From Candidatus Latescibacterota bacterium (lineage in GTDB: Bacteria; Latescibacterota; UBA2968): a stretch of 64,000 nt of DNA. The position numbers were made by a program, and so were the translations under genes. Below the pieces are notes generated by a model. The model saw nothing but the letters and a program-made list of their open reading frames with translations, was not told the DNA's origin and made no database searches. Each line of letters begins with the position of its first letter. Within the stretch, counting starts at the first letter, position 1. Shown piece after piece: positions 9,904-20,678 of the stretch. The DNA lies in assembly GCA_965208125.1 (NCBI GenBank), contig OZ242320.1, forward strand, positions 128,001-192,000. The letters run 5' to 3'.

Positions 9904-11124
9904 ATGGATCGGATTGTTGGACTCGATATTGGCTCCACCAAGATCTGTGTTGTTGTAGCTGAAGTAGACGACGATGGCACGCTCAAAATCACGGGATTGG
10001 GCAATAGCCCCTCCCAGGGCCTCAAGCGAGGTGTGGTGATCAATGTGGAAAAGACCGTGCAATCTATCCGCACAGCTATAGAAGAAGCTCAGGAAATGTC
10101 GGGCACACGCATCGGTGCTGTTTATGCGGGCATTGCTGGCGATCATATTCGCAGCGTGAATACGCGGGCAGTTGTGGCCGTATCGGGACCGGACAATGAG
10201 ATTACGGCCAATGATGAAGAACGCGCGATTGAAGCGGCTAAAGCAGTATCTATTCCCATGGATAGGGAAATTGTTCACGTGCTACCGCAGTCTTTTGTAG
10301 TTGACGATCAGCCCGGTATTAAAGATCCCATTGGCATGTCGGGCGTGAGACTCGAAGTCGATGTACACATTGTAACCGGCGCTGTGACTTCAGCACAAAA
10401 TATCTGTAAAAGTATCCGACGCGCAGGTGTAGAAGTGGTGGATCTGGTACTTGAACCCATTGCTTCGAGTTACGCGGTATTGACACCTGACGAAGAGGAA
10501 ATGGGCGTAGCATTGGTCGATGTAGGGGGTGGCACGACCGACCTCGCGGTGTTCTACGACGGTGCTATTCGCCATACAGCCGTTGTGGGATTGGGGGGAA
10601 CAAATGTGACAAACGATATGGCTATTGGTTTGCGAACGCCCTGGAAACAAGCCGAAGCCATGAAACGAGAAAACGGCTGTGCATTACAGTCACTGGTCAG
10701 GCCCAACGATATGGTCGATGTGCTGGGTGTTGCCGGACGACCTTCAAGCAAGGTCTCTCGGACGAAAATGGCCGCGATTATTGAGGCGCGTATGGAAGAA
10801 ATTTTTGGACATATAAATCAGGAGATTCGCCGCACCGAGTATGCCGACCTGCTGGGGGCAGGCATCGTGCTCACAGGTGGAGGTTCAATGCTCCAGGGCT
10901 GTGTTGAACTGGCCAAAGAAATTTTTGACTTGCCCGTGACTATTGGCAAACCCCGAGGGATAACGGGGCGGGCCAATGCCGTGAGCGAACCGCTCTATGC
11001 CACCGCTGTTGGACTGGTGCAATTTGGTCTGTTTCACCAAAATGGCAATTTTATATCCGATGACGGCGTTTTTCACAATTCAATTTTTGGTCGTATGAAA
11101 AACTGGATTCGGGATTTTTTTTAA
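9904..11124 (+). CDS. ftsA: Cell division protein FtsA
   Basis: GLDIGSTK, DVGGGTTD, LTGGGS, C-terminal amphipathic 'MKNWIRDFF'. Confidence 0.96.
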   Translation: MDRIVGLDIGSTKICVVVAEVDDDGTLKITGLGNSPSQGLKRGVVINVEKTVQSIRTAIEEAQEMSGTRIGAVYAGIAGDHIRSVNTRAVVAVSGPDNEITANDEERAIEAAKAVSIPMDREIVHVLPQSFVVDDQPGIKDPIGMSGVRLEVDVHIVTGAVTSAQNICKSIRRAGVEVVDLVLEPIASSYAVLTPDEEEMGVALVDVGGGTTDLAVFYDGAIRHTAVVGLGGTNVTNDMAIGLRTPWKQAEAMKRENGCALQSLVRPNDMVDVLGVAGRPSSKVSRTKMAAIIEARMEEIFGHINQEIRRTEYADLLGAGIVLTGGGSMLQGCVELAKEIFDLPVTIGKPRGITGRANAVSEPLYATAVGLVQFGLFHQNGNFISDDGVFHNSIFGRMKNWIRDFF

Positions 11125-11203
11125 GGAGCTTCAATCTCCACTAAATTTGTGTCTAATCGTTAATAGTCAATCAATTTCTAATGTATTTAAACAGGGGGTT
11201 CTC

Positions 11204-12433
11204 ATGGTTACTTTTTCGATTGTTGACGCCGATAGCCAGGCCAAAATCCGAGTCGTAGGTGTCGGAGGGTCAGGTGGCAATGCAATCAATCGCATGATTG
11301 AGTCGGGGTTGCAGGGCGTTGAATTTATTGCCATAAATACCGACGAACAAGATCTCGAACTTTCACAGGCGCCTCATTGTATTCAAATTGGGCGCGATGT
11401 GACAAAAGGGTTGGGCGCGGGTGCCAATCCCGAAATTGGCGCAGAGGCCATTGAAGAAAATCGCGACGATGTCGCCGAAGCATTGGCTGGATCCGATATG
11501 GTTTTTGTAACTGCTGGTATGGGGGGCGGCACGGGCACGGGTGCAGCACCTACCGTCGCCGAAATTGCCCGCGACGCAGGTGCGCTCACTGTGGGCATTG
11601 TGAGCCTGCCTTTCAGAATGGAAGGCATGCCGCGCATGCGCAATGCTCAAGCGGGTATTGATTCCTTGAAAAGATCTTCGGATACGGTGATAATTATTCC
11701 CAATCAGCGGCTTTTAGAAATCAGTTCAGAAGATACAACACTGACAGAGGCGTTTCTCATTGCCGATGATATTTTGTTGCAGGCCACGCGGGGGATTTCC
11801 GATTTGATCACCATACCCGGCGAGGTGAATCTCGACTTTAATGACGTGCGTACGGTAATGCAAGCCGGTGGCGATGCGCTGATGGGTACAGCCGAGGCTT
11901 CGGGCGAAGACCGGGCGATTACAGCAGCTGAAAAAGCATTGAATAGCCCATTGCTCGACAATGTGTCTGTTGCAGGTGCTCAGGGAGTGCTGGTGAATAT
12001 TTCGGCCAGCAGTGAACTGAAGCTGTTTGAAATGGATAAAGCTGTGAATCTCATTACCGATGCCGTGGGCCACGAAGCCAATATTATATGGGGTACGGTA
12101 CTCGATGATAACCTCGGGGACGAAATGCGCGTCACAGTTATTGCCACGGGCTTTAATACTGGCTCTCCGCCGAAGCCAAATGCAAACATTTCTTACTCGA
12201 AATTCACACCTGAACCTCCTGTTAGCACAGATATCCCAGCCTTTATACGCAAAATTGAATCTGAGGATACTGAGCCCATAGCTACAGAGGAAGAAGTCGA
12301 GGAAAAATCCGAGAAAACATTAGAGAAAACATTAGAGGAAAAATCCGAGAAAAAATCCAAAATCGACACCATATCCCTAAACGATCTGCAATACCCCACA
12401 TTTCTTCGCAGACAAAGGCAACAAGAAGGGTGA
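11204..12433 (+). CDS. ftsZ: Cell division protein FtsZ
   Basis: GVGGSGGN, tubulin motif GGGTGTG, NLDFND, C-terminal 'YPTFLRR'. Confidence 0.97.
   Translation: MVTFSIVDADSQAKIRVVGVGGSGGNAINRMIESGLQGVEFIAINTDEQDLELSQAPHCIQIGRDVTKGLGAGANPEIGAEAIEENRDDVAEALAGSDMVFVTAGMGGGTGTGAAPTVAEIARDAGALTVGIVSLPFRMEGMPRMRNAQAGIDSLKRSSDTVIIIPNQRLLEISSEDTTLTEAFLIADDILLQATRGISDLITIPGEVNLDFNDVRTVMQAGGDALMGTAEASGEDRAITAAEKALNSPLLDNVSVAGAQGVLVNISASSELKLFEMDKAVNLITDAVGHEANIIWGTVLDDNLGDEMRVTVIATGFNTGSPPKPNANISYSKFTPEPPVSTDIPAFIRKIESEDTEPIATEEEVEEKSEKTLEKTLEEKSEKKSKIDTISLNDLQYPTFLRRQRQQEG
12299..12358 (+). repeat. Five in-frame 12-nt units in the FtsZ C-terminal linker
   Basis: GAGGAAAAATCC GAGAAAACATTA GAGAAAACATTA GAGGAAAAATCC GAGAAAAAATCC. 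Confidence 0.85.
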
Positions 12434-12435
12434 AA

Positions 12436-12487
12436 TAAGACGTGAGACGTAAGACGCAAGACGACGTAAGCCCCCCCTTGCGTCTTA
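12436..12487. repeat. Heptamer array (TAAGACG)n with a partial inverted arm
   Basis: TAAGACG TGAGACG TAAGACG CAAGACG ... CTTGCGTCTTA. Confidence 0.8.
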
Positions 12488-13371
12488 TCCTCCCCCAAAA
12501 ACAGGCATATATCTACGCAATTTCTGCCGTCTTTCTGTGGTCAACGGCGGCCACGGCATTTAAGCTGTCTCTACGCGTTTTAGATCCTATTCAACTTTTG
12601 TTCTACGCTGTACTTGCGTCGTCCATTGTTCTGGGCCTAATTATAGTGGTTCAGGGCAAATGGTCGGCAGTTTTTTTGTGTACACGACGGCAGTATTTGC
12701 AATCCCTTGGATTGGGGTTGCTCAATCCATGTGCCTACTATCTGGTGTTGCTGCGCGCTTATGACCTGCTGCCCGCGCAGGAAGCGCAACCTCTGAATTA
12801 TACCTGGGCAATAGCACTGGCACTGTTGTCCATTCCCCTTTTGAAACAGAAATTGACTTTGTGGGATGTGATTGGCGGGATGGTGAGTTATGCGGGAGTA
12901 TTTGTGATTTCTACTCGGGGCGATATAATGGGATTTCGTTTTTCCAATCCCCTGGGAGTGGGACTGGCCCTTTTCAGCAGCTTTTTGTGGGCGCTGTACT
13001 GGATTTTTAACAAACGGGATACGCGAGACCCGATTGTGGGAATGTTTTTGAATTTTGTTTTTGCATTGCCTTTTGTGCTAACAATCTGCATCGTATTTTC
13101 AGATATGCGGGTCAATATACAGGGGTTGTGTGGCGCTATTTATGTTGGATTATTTGAAATGGGCATCACATTTGTCCTGTGGTTATCTGCTATGAAGCTG
13201 ACTGATCACACCGCGCGAATCGGGAACTTAATTTTTTTATCCCCATTTTTATCTCTCGTCTTTATCCACTTTTTGGTGGGAGAAGAAATATTTCCCTCCA
13301 CTTATGTCGGGTTGACGTTGATCATCGCGGGCTTAGTTGTACAGCAAAGAAAAGCCCAGGGCATTACCTGA
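12442..13371 (+). CDS. DMT/EamA family transporter (start uncertain, overlaps repeat)
   Basis: About 10 TM helices in two EamA-like halves; 'LNYTWAI', 'LIFLSPFLS'. Confidence 0.85.
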   Translation: MRRKTQDDVSPPLRLILPQKQAYIYAISAVFLWSTAATAFKLSLRVLDPIQLLFYAVLASSIVLGLIIVVQGKWSAVFLCTRRQYLQSLGLGLLNPCAYYLVLLRAYDLLPAQEAQPLNYTWAIALALLSIPLLKQKLTLWDVIGGMVSYAGVFVISTRGDIMGFRFSNPLGVGLALFSSFLWALYWIFNKRDTRDPIVGMFLNFVFALPFVLTICIVFSDMRVNIQGLCGAIYVGLFEMGITFVLWLSAMKLTDHTARIGNLIFLSPFLSLVFIHFLVGEEIFPSTYVGLTLIIAGLVVQQRKAQGIT

Positions 13372-13392
13372 ACCACTTTACACACTACACAT

Positions 13393-13421
13393 TTGACATT
13401 AGTTTAATCCGATTCTATAAC
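13393..13421 (+). promoter_or_regulatory. sigma70-type promoter of the sulfatase
   Basis: TTGACA-17 nt-TATAAC. Confidence 0.7.
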
Positions 13422-13440
13422 GATTGCTCAAGGAGGGTTT

Positions 13441-14982
13441 ATGTCTGAACGTCCGAATATCCTGATTTTGCACAGTGACGAACACAGTTTTCGTTTTTTG
13501 TCGGCACGCAGCCGTGAGCGGGGTGGTGAACCCTGTCACACGCCCACATTGGACGGTTTGATCGCACAAGGCGTCAATTTTGACGCGGCCTATTGTCAGA
13601 TGCCTCTGTGTACACCAAGCCGTATATCAATGCTGACAGGGCGACACGCACATCGGTGTGGCGCCTGGACCAATGGGTCAATTTTAGATCCCGATTTGCC
13701 AACTTTTGGCAGTCATTTTCAAGCCAATGGGTATGAAACAGCGGTCGTAGGCAAAACGCATTTGGGCGGATCTTTGCAACACGCCGGATTTGGCGTGCGG
13801 CCCTACGGCGACTTCGGTGGTCCCTGTTCCCATCAGCCCGACCCATTGCACAAAACAGGAGATGGTTTGCGGACGCGCACAGTCGATGCGGGAATCAGCG
13901 AAGTACCCGAATCGCTCTTACAAGAAAATATGATCGCGCGCGAGTCGCTCGCGTGGCTGCGCGAACATCGCCATGCCAATCCCGATAAGCCGTGGCTGGT
14001 CTATACATCATTTAGCCGCCCGCACTTCCCACTAACCGCGCCGAAGCGATTTTTCGACCGTTATTATCCCGAAGGGGTAACGCCCCCCTGGGTGCGCCGT
14101 ACCGGCGATAGTGCCGACCATCCGATGACTGTGGGCGCAATCAAGGGATTTCGTACCGAAGAGATTGCCGAAGATGAAATGATGAAAGCGCGCGCAGCTT
14201 ATTTTGCAGCAGTCGATTTTTTGGACGAAATTTTGGGCGATTTTCTCGCCTTACTCGACCGCGATGGATTTTTGGATAACACAGTCATTGTATATACATC
14301 CGATCACGGAGAACTGGTGGGCGAACACGGAATATGGTGGAAAAATACCTGGCACGAAGCCGCCGCCCATGTACCTTTTATCTTTTCCCTTCCCGAACAC
14401 CGCAACGGTAGCTTGGACGCGCGAGAAATACGCACGCCCGTAAGCCTCGCCGATCTCTTTCCCACACTTTGTGGATTGGCGGATCTAAATTGTCCAGAAG
14501 GGGTAGATGGTGTGGATTTGACGGATGTATTAAAAAGAGAAACGAGTTCCGCGCTCAATAACCGCACAGGCGTGATTACCGAATCGCCAAATCCGCGTTG
14601 GGGCAAGGGCACAGAGTTTCGGATGATACGTTCCAGACAGTACAAGTATATCGCATTTCGAGATTGTGAAGACCTCGCCTTTGATATGGAAACCGATCCC
14701 GATGAACAACGCAATTTGTTGAAAGATGATCCCGACAATGCCGACTTAAACGCATTGCGAGAAGCGGTACTGGATGGATTTGACTTTGCCGAAGTAGAAG
14801 CCCTGCGCGAAAAACAAACCGCTGAATTGCGCGCCAAATATCCAGCGCGAGTAAAAATGCAAACCCCCAATCAAATTCTGCGAGGCGACGGCAAATTGGT
14901 CGAAGTCGATACGCCTCTATACGCCCCCAAAGTGATCAGCGATGATCTCGCACGAGACTTTGACGATTATCCCGGTCAGTAG
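13441..14982 (+). CDS. Sulfatase (choline-sulfatase-like, Cys-type), no signal peptide
   Basis: PNIL..SDEH, CTPSR formylglycine motif, GKTH, SDHG. Confidence 0.9.
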   Translation: MSERPNILILHSDEHSFRFLSARSRERGGEPCHTPTLDGLIAQGVNFDAAYCQMPLCTPSRISMLTGRHAHRCGAWTNGSILDPDLPTFGSHFQANGYETAVVGKTHLGGSLQHAGFGVRPYGDFGGPCSHQPDPLHKTGDGLRTRTVDAGISEVPESLLQENMIARESLAWLREHRHANPDKPWLVYTSFSRPHFPLTAPKRFFDRYYPEGVTPPWVRRTGDSADHPMTVGAIKGFRTEEIAEDEMMKARAAYFAAVDFLDEILGDFLALLDRDGFLDNTVIVYTSDHGELVGEHGIWWKNTWHEAAAHVPFIFSLPEHRNGSLDAREIRTPVSLADLFPTLCGLADLNCPEGVDGVDLTDVLKRETSSALNNRTGVITESPNPRWGKGTEFRMIRSRQYKYIAFRDCEDLAFDMETDPDEQRNLLKDDPDNADLNALREAVLDGFDFAEVEALREKQTAELRAKYPARVKMQTPNQILRGDGKLVEVDTPLYAPKVISDDLARDFDDYPGQ

Positions 14983-14995
14983 AGCAGATAGGATC

Positions 14996-15031
14996 AAAAA
15001 AACCAGACACTGCATTGTGTCTGGTTTTTTT
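14996..15031. terminator. Bidirectional intrinsic terminator
   Basis: A-tract ACCAGACAC-loop-GTGTCTGGT T-tract between convergent genes. Confidence 0.85.
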
Positions 15032-15037
15032 ATTTTT

Positions 15038-15928
15038 TTACTCCATAACAAGCTCAGATTGAGATTGCCAGAGCACGGTAACCTGCTCGGTAATTGCGCG
15101 AATGAGAGATTCCCCAGCGCGTGATTTGAGGTAGGCAAAATTGAGATCGCAAAAGAAAGATTCTGTTTGCCTTATGGCAATTCGGTCAGACTTTTCTGCA
15201 AGGCATCTTTCAATAACCGACAGGCCAATACCTCCCTTGATCAATTCCAATCGGGTAGCATCGTCGCTAATAGACATGACCTTATTACACGTAAGTCCGC
15301 GTTCGGCAAACATATTGTCTGCGATAGCTTGAAACGGACAGTAATAAGGATCGCATATCCAGGGCAGAGATGCCAGAGCCTCCCAGGTCACACTTTCAAT
15401 CTGATCAGCCCAATACGCGGGACCAGCAATAACGAGTTCGGTCGTCAATAAGCCGTACGTTTCAACTGCATCAGATATGGGATCGCCATAAATGTAGCCA
15501 ACATCTAAAGTGCGATCTTCCAGTGCTTCTGTAATGCGTTGGGTAACTGAAGAAATAAATTCAAATGTAATATGTGGATATTTTGCATTTGTATTTTTAA
15601 CAAGCGTTGAAATTTGAAGCCATTCGGGAGGCATATTAATTCCAAATCGCACACATCCTGAAGGCTGGTCGCAAAATGCCCGGGCGCTAAGTGTAAAATC
15701 CTCTACAGTACAAAGTGCATTTTCAGCTTTTTGTTTGAGAAATTTGCCAGCCCGGGTAAGGTGCATACCCCTCGGTGTGCGAATAAACAATTCGACATTG
15801 AGTTCTTCCTCAAGTGCTTTAATATGTGCACTGACCGAGGAAGGTGAGATGAACAATTTTTGTGCGGCACGGGTGAGGTTTTGCTCGCTGGCAACCGCGA
15901 TAAATGTGCGTAAATGATAAAGTTCCAT
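15038..15928 (-). CDS. LysR family transcriptional regulator
   Basis: N-terminal HTH 'LRTFIAVA..NLTRAAQKLFISPSSVSAHIKALEEEL..LFIRT'. Confidence 0.93.
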   Translation of the reverse strand: MELYHLRTFIAVASEQNLTRAAQKLFISPSSVSAHIKALEEELNVELFIRTPRGMHLTRAGKFLKQKAENALCTVEDFTLSARAFCDQPSGCVRFGINMPPEWLQISTLVKNTNAKYPHITFEFISSVTQRITEALEDRTLDVGYIYGDPISDAVETYGLLTTELVIAGPAYWADQIESVTWEALASLPWICDPYYCPFQAIADNMFAERGLTCNKVMSISDDATRLELIKGGIGLSVIERCLAEKSDRIAIRQTESFFCDLNFAYLKSRAGESLIRAITEQVTVLWQSQSELVME

Positions 15929-15933
15929 TTGTG

Positions 15934-15948
15934 TTCAGAATTTCTGAA
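15934..15948. promoter_or_regulatory. LysR recognition box (T-N11-A palindrome)
   Basis: TTCAGAA-T-TTCTGAA perfect inverted repeat between the divergent lysR and rhodanese genes. Confidence 0.7.
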
Positions 15949-16057
15949 TGAAGGATTTGGAAAGTGGAAATAGCCGAAAAAATGGATTTTAATTACAATA
16001 TACAAATAACACGATGTGCGCTTTTTAAATTTTTTTACACCTTTCCTGGAGGTTGCA

Positions 16058-16462
16058 ATGACAGCTTTTTCCCGCGTTTGTGAAACACCACCTGCTTCGC
16101 CTGATAAGATACAAGAATACTTCTCATATAAGTTGCGATGTGAGACCGACCCGTTTGATGTGAATGCAGATCTGGAAAATGGAATCGATAGTTTTGAGTT
16201 TATTGATGTTCGCGATAAAGAAGCCTATCTCAACGGTCACGCTGCTGGCGCTATCCACATCGATCACAATGATATGACCGAGACGCGAATGGCCGAGTTT
16301 CCTAAAGACCAATTGCTCGTGGTGTACTGCTGGGGACCGGGGTGTAACGGCGCGACAAAAGCCGCTGTAAAATTGAGTGCCCTGGGATTTTCCGTAAAAG
16401 AAATGATCGGTGGTATTACTTATTGGAAAGAGGAGGGATATCCAATCGTATCAGGTGTTTAA
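16058..16462 (+). CDS. Rhodanese-like domain protein
   Basis: IDVR..GHAAGA, active-site loop YCWGPGCNGA, GGITYW; GGAGG SD. Confidence 0.9.
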   Translation: MTAFSRVCETPPASPDKIQEYFSYKLRCETDPFDVNADLENGIDSFEFIDVRDKEAYLNGHAAGAIHIDHNDMTETRMAEFPKDQLLVVYCWGPGCNGATKAAVKLSALGFSVKEMIGGITYWKEEGYPIVSGV

Positions 16463-17152
16463 GACCTGAGCTTGTGTAAGCAAATGATCAAAGATGCGAT
16501 CGAAGACTGTATTGGGCATTTTTTCGGGATGAAATTGCACACCGATAATGCGACCATCTGGCGTTTCGATACCCTCTATGACTCGATCTTCACTGCGGGC
16601 ACTTATATTGAGTTCTCCGCCAATCGTCTCGAGTCCTTGCAGGTGAAAGCTATTGGTCGTACATTCGGTCTCGCCCAGAATAGACGAGAGATGGGAATTG
16701 GGATCGAGCGAGACCGCGTGATAAACGGGATCTTCGGTGCGCCCGGGTGAATGCGGATCGACATCGCATTGTATTTGAATATCGGCATAGATCGTGCCGC
16801 CAAATTGAGCATTGATAAATTGCATGCCATAGCAGATGCCCAAAACGGGCATCTGTTTTTTTTGCGCGTAATCAAAAGCGCGAATATCATTTTCATAGCG
16901 CGTGGGCACAACCTCGGGCAAGTCTTTGGGCAACTTGCCAACCAGACCTTGCGTAATACCGGGACCGCCAGTAATAATCAGGCCATTGAGCAGGGCAAAC
17001 AACGGTGCGAGAGTTTCCTGTTCCTCTGTCATAGGCAGAATAATAGGACAACCACCCGCGCGCTCCACGGCAATCACATACTCGTGATTTAGCGATTGCT
17101 GTTTACTCTTTGAAAGAAAGCTGGTCGTAATACCGATTATCGGACGTGACAT
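16451..17152 (-). CDS. Peptidase C26 / gamma-glutamyl-GABA hydrolase family glutamine amidotransferase
   Basis: RPIIGIT, GICYGMQ, NSFH, QFHPE triad. Confidence 0.9.
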   Translation of the reverse strand: MSRPIIGITTSFLSKSKQQSLNHEYVIAVERAGGCPIILPMTEEQETLAPLFALLNGLIITGGPGITQGLVGKLPKDLPEVVPTRYENDIRAFDYAQKKQMPVLGICYGMQFINAQFGGTIYADIQIQCDVDPHSPGRTEDPVYHAVSLDPNSHLSSILGETECTTNSFHLQGLETIGGELNISARSEDRVIEGIETPDGRIIGVQFHPEKMPNTVFDRIFDHLLTQAQVLNT

Positions 17153-17284
17153 TTTGAAAATTGAATAGAATTGGCAACGTTTTTTGCTTGATGAATACAC
17201 AAATATGTGACATCATGAAATGAAGAACAAGGTTAAAATATTGCAGAGCAAACAGATTATCAAAAACCTGAACAGGAGGCGGAA

Positions 17285-18025
17285 ATGAACGCTGGAGACA
17301 GAGCGGCTGTTGAAGACGCCTGGAAGAACGGCGTAGGCGTCTTGCACAACTTGCTCTCACAAGATGAACTGGATGCAATCCGCCGGGAGTTAGAACAAGC
17401 GTACCTGGATCTGGATATGGGACCGGGAGAGCCCGGCAGCCGGGACAGTCTGCGAAATGAATCGCTGTTAAATTATCCGGCCCTGAGCAGCTTATTTTCT
17501 CATCCTCGCATTCTGGGAATAGTCTCGGCAATTTTGGATGAGCCGCGGCCTTTTCTCTTGCAAATGAAAACCAACCGATACACGCCAGAACACAAAGGCG
17601 TGGGACGGCATTCAGACGGCAGCCCAACGGAACTCGCCACGCCCTTTCAGTGGCTGTCAACAATGATTTATCTGGACGATATCGACGTCAATTCCGGAGC
17701 GTTGACCCACGTGCCGGGCACGCATCTGTACCATTTTGCATCTGCGTGCGACCCGGGCCGCGTACTGCCCACAAAAGCAGATATTCAGGCGGGTCATTAC
17801 ATCCCAATCGAACTGAAAGCGGGCAGTGTCGTCTTTCGCGTACCAGAGGTCTGGCACGGCGTAGTGCCCATCCATCGGTTGCGGCGATATATCACCGGTT
17901 TGTACACCTCTCGCAAAAAGGGAAATACGCCGATCAAAGAGCGGATACAGGGGGTCCGGAAAAGCCGCAAGCAAATCCCGGAGACATCCATACCCAAACA
18001 CGTTAGAGAATACTGGCAGTATTGA
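17285..18025 (+). CDS. Phytanoyl-CoA dioxygenase (PhyH) family 2OG-Fe(II) oxygenase
   Basis: HSD...WHG facial triad, 'YLDD...GAL..VPGTH'. Confidence 0.85.
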   Translation: MNAGDRAAVEDAWKNGVGVLHNLLSQDELDAIRRELEQAYLDLDMGPGEPGSRDSLRNESLLNYPALSSLFSHPRILGIVSAILDEPRPFLLQMKTNRYTPEHKGVGRHSDGSPTELATPFQWLSTMIYLDDIDVNSGALTHVPGTHLYHFASACDPGRVLPTKADIQAGHYIPIELKAGSVVFRVPEVWHGVVPIHRLRRYITGLYTSRKKGNTPIKERIQGVRKSRKQIPETSIPKHVREYWQY

Positions 18026-18033
18026 TCAGTGGA

Positions 18034-19626
18034 TCAATCCAAAAAGCGATCCAGCACATTCTTTGTAATCGCCGAAATCGACTCATCCACCGGAAGAGAA
18101 CTGGGATAATTGATCGATCCCACCGAAAACACCTCTCCCCCGCTCTCGGTGCGGTGATATACGATCTCCGCGCCCCCTTCATCGGGGTTTAAGCCTTTGG
18201 CCAGCAGTTGTGCGTTTTTTGGCGAACTCTCTGTCATCTTATCCGTTTCGTGTCCAGATGCACCGCCCGGACACCGCATATGCAGACACTTCTCTCCAAA
18301 AATATCTCCCGTCTCCAGGCCAGTCCCTTCAAAGAAATCGTGCGATCCATCCATCACCCGATAAGGCGCGCCAGTCATAATACCCGTCTCCGAACAGGTT
18401 ACACCCAGCAGTTTCGCCTCTGACTCGTGAAACAAATGGAATCGACTCTCCAATCCCAACTTCTGTAGATGGCTAAACCCTCCGCCTTTATCTCCATTTC
18501 GCACCACCATCGTATATTCATCTGTAAACACCACCTCGCAATTCAGACCATTTCCTCCCAGATACATCAGCTTGCCGCCCCGCTCAAACACCCAGGACTT
18601 CAACTTGTAATACATATCCGCAGACCAATACTCCGGATGCGTGCTGATGATCAATACCCGGTAATCGTCCAAATTCAATACCCCGGAATGGAACTGCGTC
18701 TCCGCATAAAAATCGTACCCATATCCCTCCCGCTCCAGCCATCCCAGCAACCGCCACTCTGCCGGGGCCACATGGCAGTTGGACCGCCCCTCAATCGGAT
18801 CGGTAATCTGCTCCTCCTCTGCAATAAAATTGATCGGCTCAGGCCGGTCGAACGACAGCGATGCATATTCCTTTGAAGTAAAAAGCAAATGTCTGGGGTC
18901 CGTATATCTCTTGAGATCCATTCGCGCATTCACGGTGGGCCTGGGCGGAAATTTCTCCGCGAGGATATAATTGCTGCGCCCCCCAAAATTATTATACGCA
19001 TTCCAGTTTATATTTGACGCCAGCACTGCAACATCGGCACTCGGCTTTGCAGGTGCGACAATCCACGGAAACGGAAAAAACACACCTGATTCCGTCTTGG
19101 CGTGCAGATAATACAATCCCGACCGCTCGGGTGCCGTTATATATTGCTTGTGTGTCGGGCTGGTATAACCCTGTGCATTCCATTGAATGCCGGTCTGCGT
19201 ATAATCCCCATCCGGCGTAATTTGCATCGTCGCCCGGGGACCGTGTTCATCGTACCATCCAATTGGACGCACCAACTCTTTCTGCCACCCATACCGCCAC
19301 AGCGACAGCTTGTACGCCTCCACCGCGTGTACCCTGAACTCTGAAGGCTGTCCAGACTGTACCCACTTTGGCCACATATATCCCAGCAACCCATCGGTCA
19401 ACAGCCGGAACTGATAGGGAGCCTTAGTCGGTATCTCAAGCGGTACTGTTTTGAAGCCATAACCCGGCTTGTAAAGTGTCACCCTATACTTGCCGGAAGG
19501 CAAATCCGCATAAACCGCTCCAGTCGCCCGCGAACGCGCCTCAAATGACCCCGCCTCGCCTTCAAACTCCAGCAGCACCTCTGGCACTGCCACATATCGT
19601 TCATCGCTCACATATCCAATCAGCAT
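18034..19626 (-). CDS. N,N-dimethylformamidase beta-subunit family protein with N-terminal beta-sandwich
   Basis: 'WNAYNNFGG', 'HPEYWS', 'YLGGN', 'GHETD', 'GEVFSVGSI' resemble the DMFase large-subunit family. Confidence 0.75.
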   Translation of the reverse strand: MLIGYVSDERYVAVPEVLLEFEGEAGSFEARSRATGAVYADLPSGKYRVTLYKPGYGFKTVPLEIPTKAPYQFRLLTDGLLGYMWPKWVQSGQPSEFRVHAVEAYKLSLWRYGWQKELVRPIGWYDEHGPRATMQITPDGDYTQTGIQWNAQGYTSPTHKQYITAPERSGLYYLHAKTESGVFFPFPWIVAPAKPSADVAVLASNINWNAYNNFGGRSNYILAEKFPPRPTVNARMDLKRYTDPRHLLFTSKEYASLSFDRPEPINFIAEEEQITDPIEGRSNCHVAPAEWRLLGWLEREGYGYDFYAETQFHSGVLNLDDYRVLIISTHPEYWSADMYYKLKSWVFERGGKLMYLGGNGLNCEVVFTDEYTMVVRNGDKGGGFSHLQKLGLESRFHLFHESEAKLLGVTCSETGIMTGAPYRVMDGSHDFFEGTGLETGDIFGEKCLHMRCPGGASGHETDKMTESSPKNAQLLAKGLNPDEGGAEIVYHRTESGGEVFSVGSINYPSSLPVDESISAITKNVLDRFLD

Positions 19627-19638
19627 ATTGTTCCCTTT

Positions 19639-20658
19639 TTACGCCAGAATGGTCAGACTTCGATCTTCGAGCGGTAATTCCATCTTCTCTCCACCGCGAC
19701 GATGCGATTCTCGCAACGCAATGGCAATTTCCAGCGCTTCTCGTCCAAACTCTCCCGGACAAAGCGGCTCTGTGCCCTCATTTAGATTCTCGACAAGTCC
19801 TTCAATAGCGGCCTGTTGTGAACTGCGAGGTCTTTTGGGATTGGGAAATTGTCGTCGAATCGGTTCTCTGGTCTCGTGATGCCTGGTCCACATCTCAAAA
19901 TCTGCGTGTTCATTCCGGGCACTTATCCATCCATCGCTTCCCACAAAGTCAATATTCAACCATCCTCCGGTACTCAGAAATCCGCGGATGCCATTCTCGT
20001 ATCGAATCATCCCTGTTCCTGAAAGATCGCTGTCGCCGCGGGCCTCTTCATCACTATTCATATTCCCAAATACCCACCTGGCAGGTGCCCCGGCAAAAAG
20101 ACGAAACAGAGCCAGCGTATGGCTGTGACCGCGTGAGAGCCGCCAGCCATAATTGCAGACCATCGAAGAGAAATTCCCAATCATGCCGCTTCGGATTGAA
20201 TTTAGACATGCGTGGAACCACGGACTCCAATTTTTGTGACAGGCAATAGCGAGCATAACCCCATTCTTCCGACACACATCGATCATCGCGTCTGCTTCCG
20301 CCAGACTACGGCATATCGGTTTGGTTGCATAAATCGCCTTAACACCTGCCTCCGCCACCCCTGTGACGACCTCTGCGCGTTCCTCTGCCCGTGTCGTCAC
20401 ACTGACGATATCTGGCTTCTCTTTGGCGATCATCTTGCGGTAATCGGTATAAAGTGCCGTTACGCCCCATCGACTTTTGAAATCGTCCAGTTGCTCCACG
20501 TAAAGATCCGAAGCTGCAATCAGATCAATCCCCTTCGCTTCGATCATCGCGGGCGCGTGTGCCCAGGGATATCGAAACTGGGGCCTATTTACGTGCTCAT
20601 CATCAATAGTACTGCCGATCCGCCCACATCCAATAACAGCCCCCCGATAAGATCCCAT
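19639..20658 (-). CDS. Gfo/Idh/MocA family oxidoreductase
   Basis: IGCGRIG Rossmann motif, 'TKPI' (EKP variant), 'EIAIALRESH'. Confidence 0.88.
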   Translation of the reverse strand: MGSYRGAVIGCGRIGSTIDDEHVNRPQFRYPWAHAPAMIEAKGIDLIAASDLYVEQLDDFKSRWGVTALYTDYRKMIAKEKPDIVSVTTRAEERAEVVTGVAEAGVKAIYATKPICRSLAEADAMIDVCRKNGVMLAIACHKNWSPWFHACLNSIRSGMIGNFSSMVCNYGWRLSRGHSHTLALFRLFAGAPARWVFGNMNSDEEARGDSDLSGTGMIRYENGIRGFLSTGGWLNIDFVGSDGWISARNEHADFEMWTRHHETREPIRRQFPNPKRPRSSQQAAIEGLVENLNEGTEPLCPGEFGREALEIAIALRESHRRGGEKMELPLEDRSLTILA

Positions 20659-20678
20659 GTTGTGCTCCTTCCATCACG

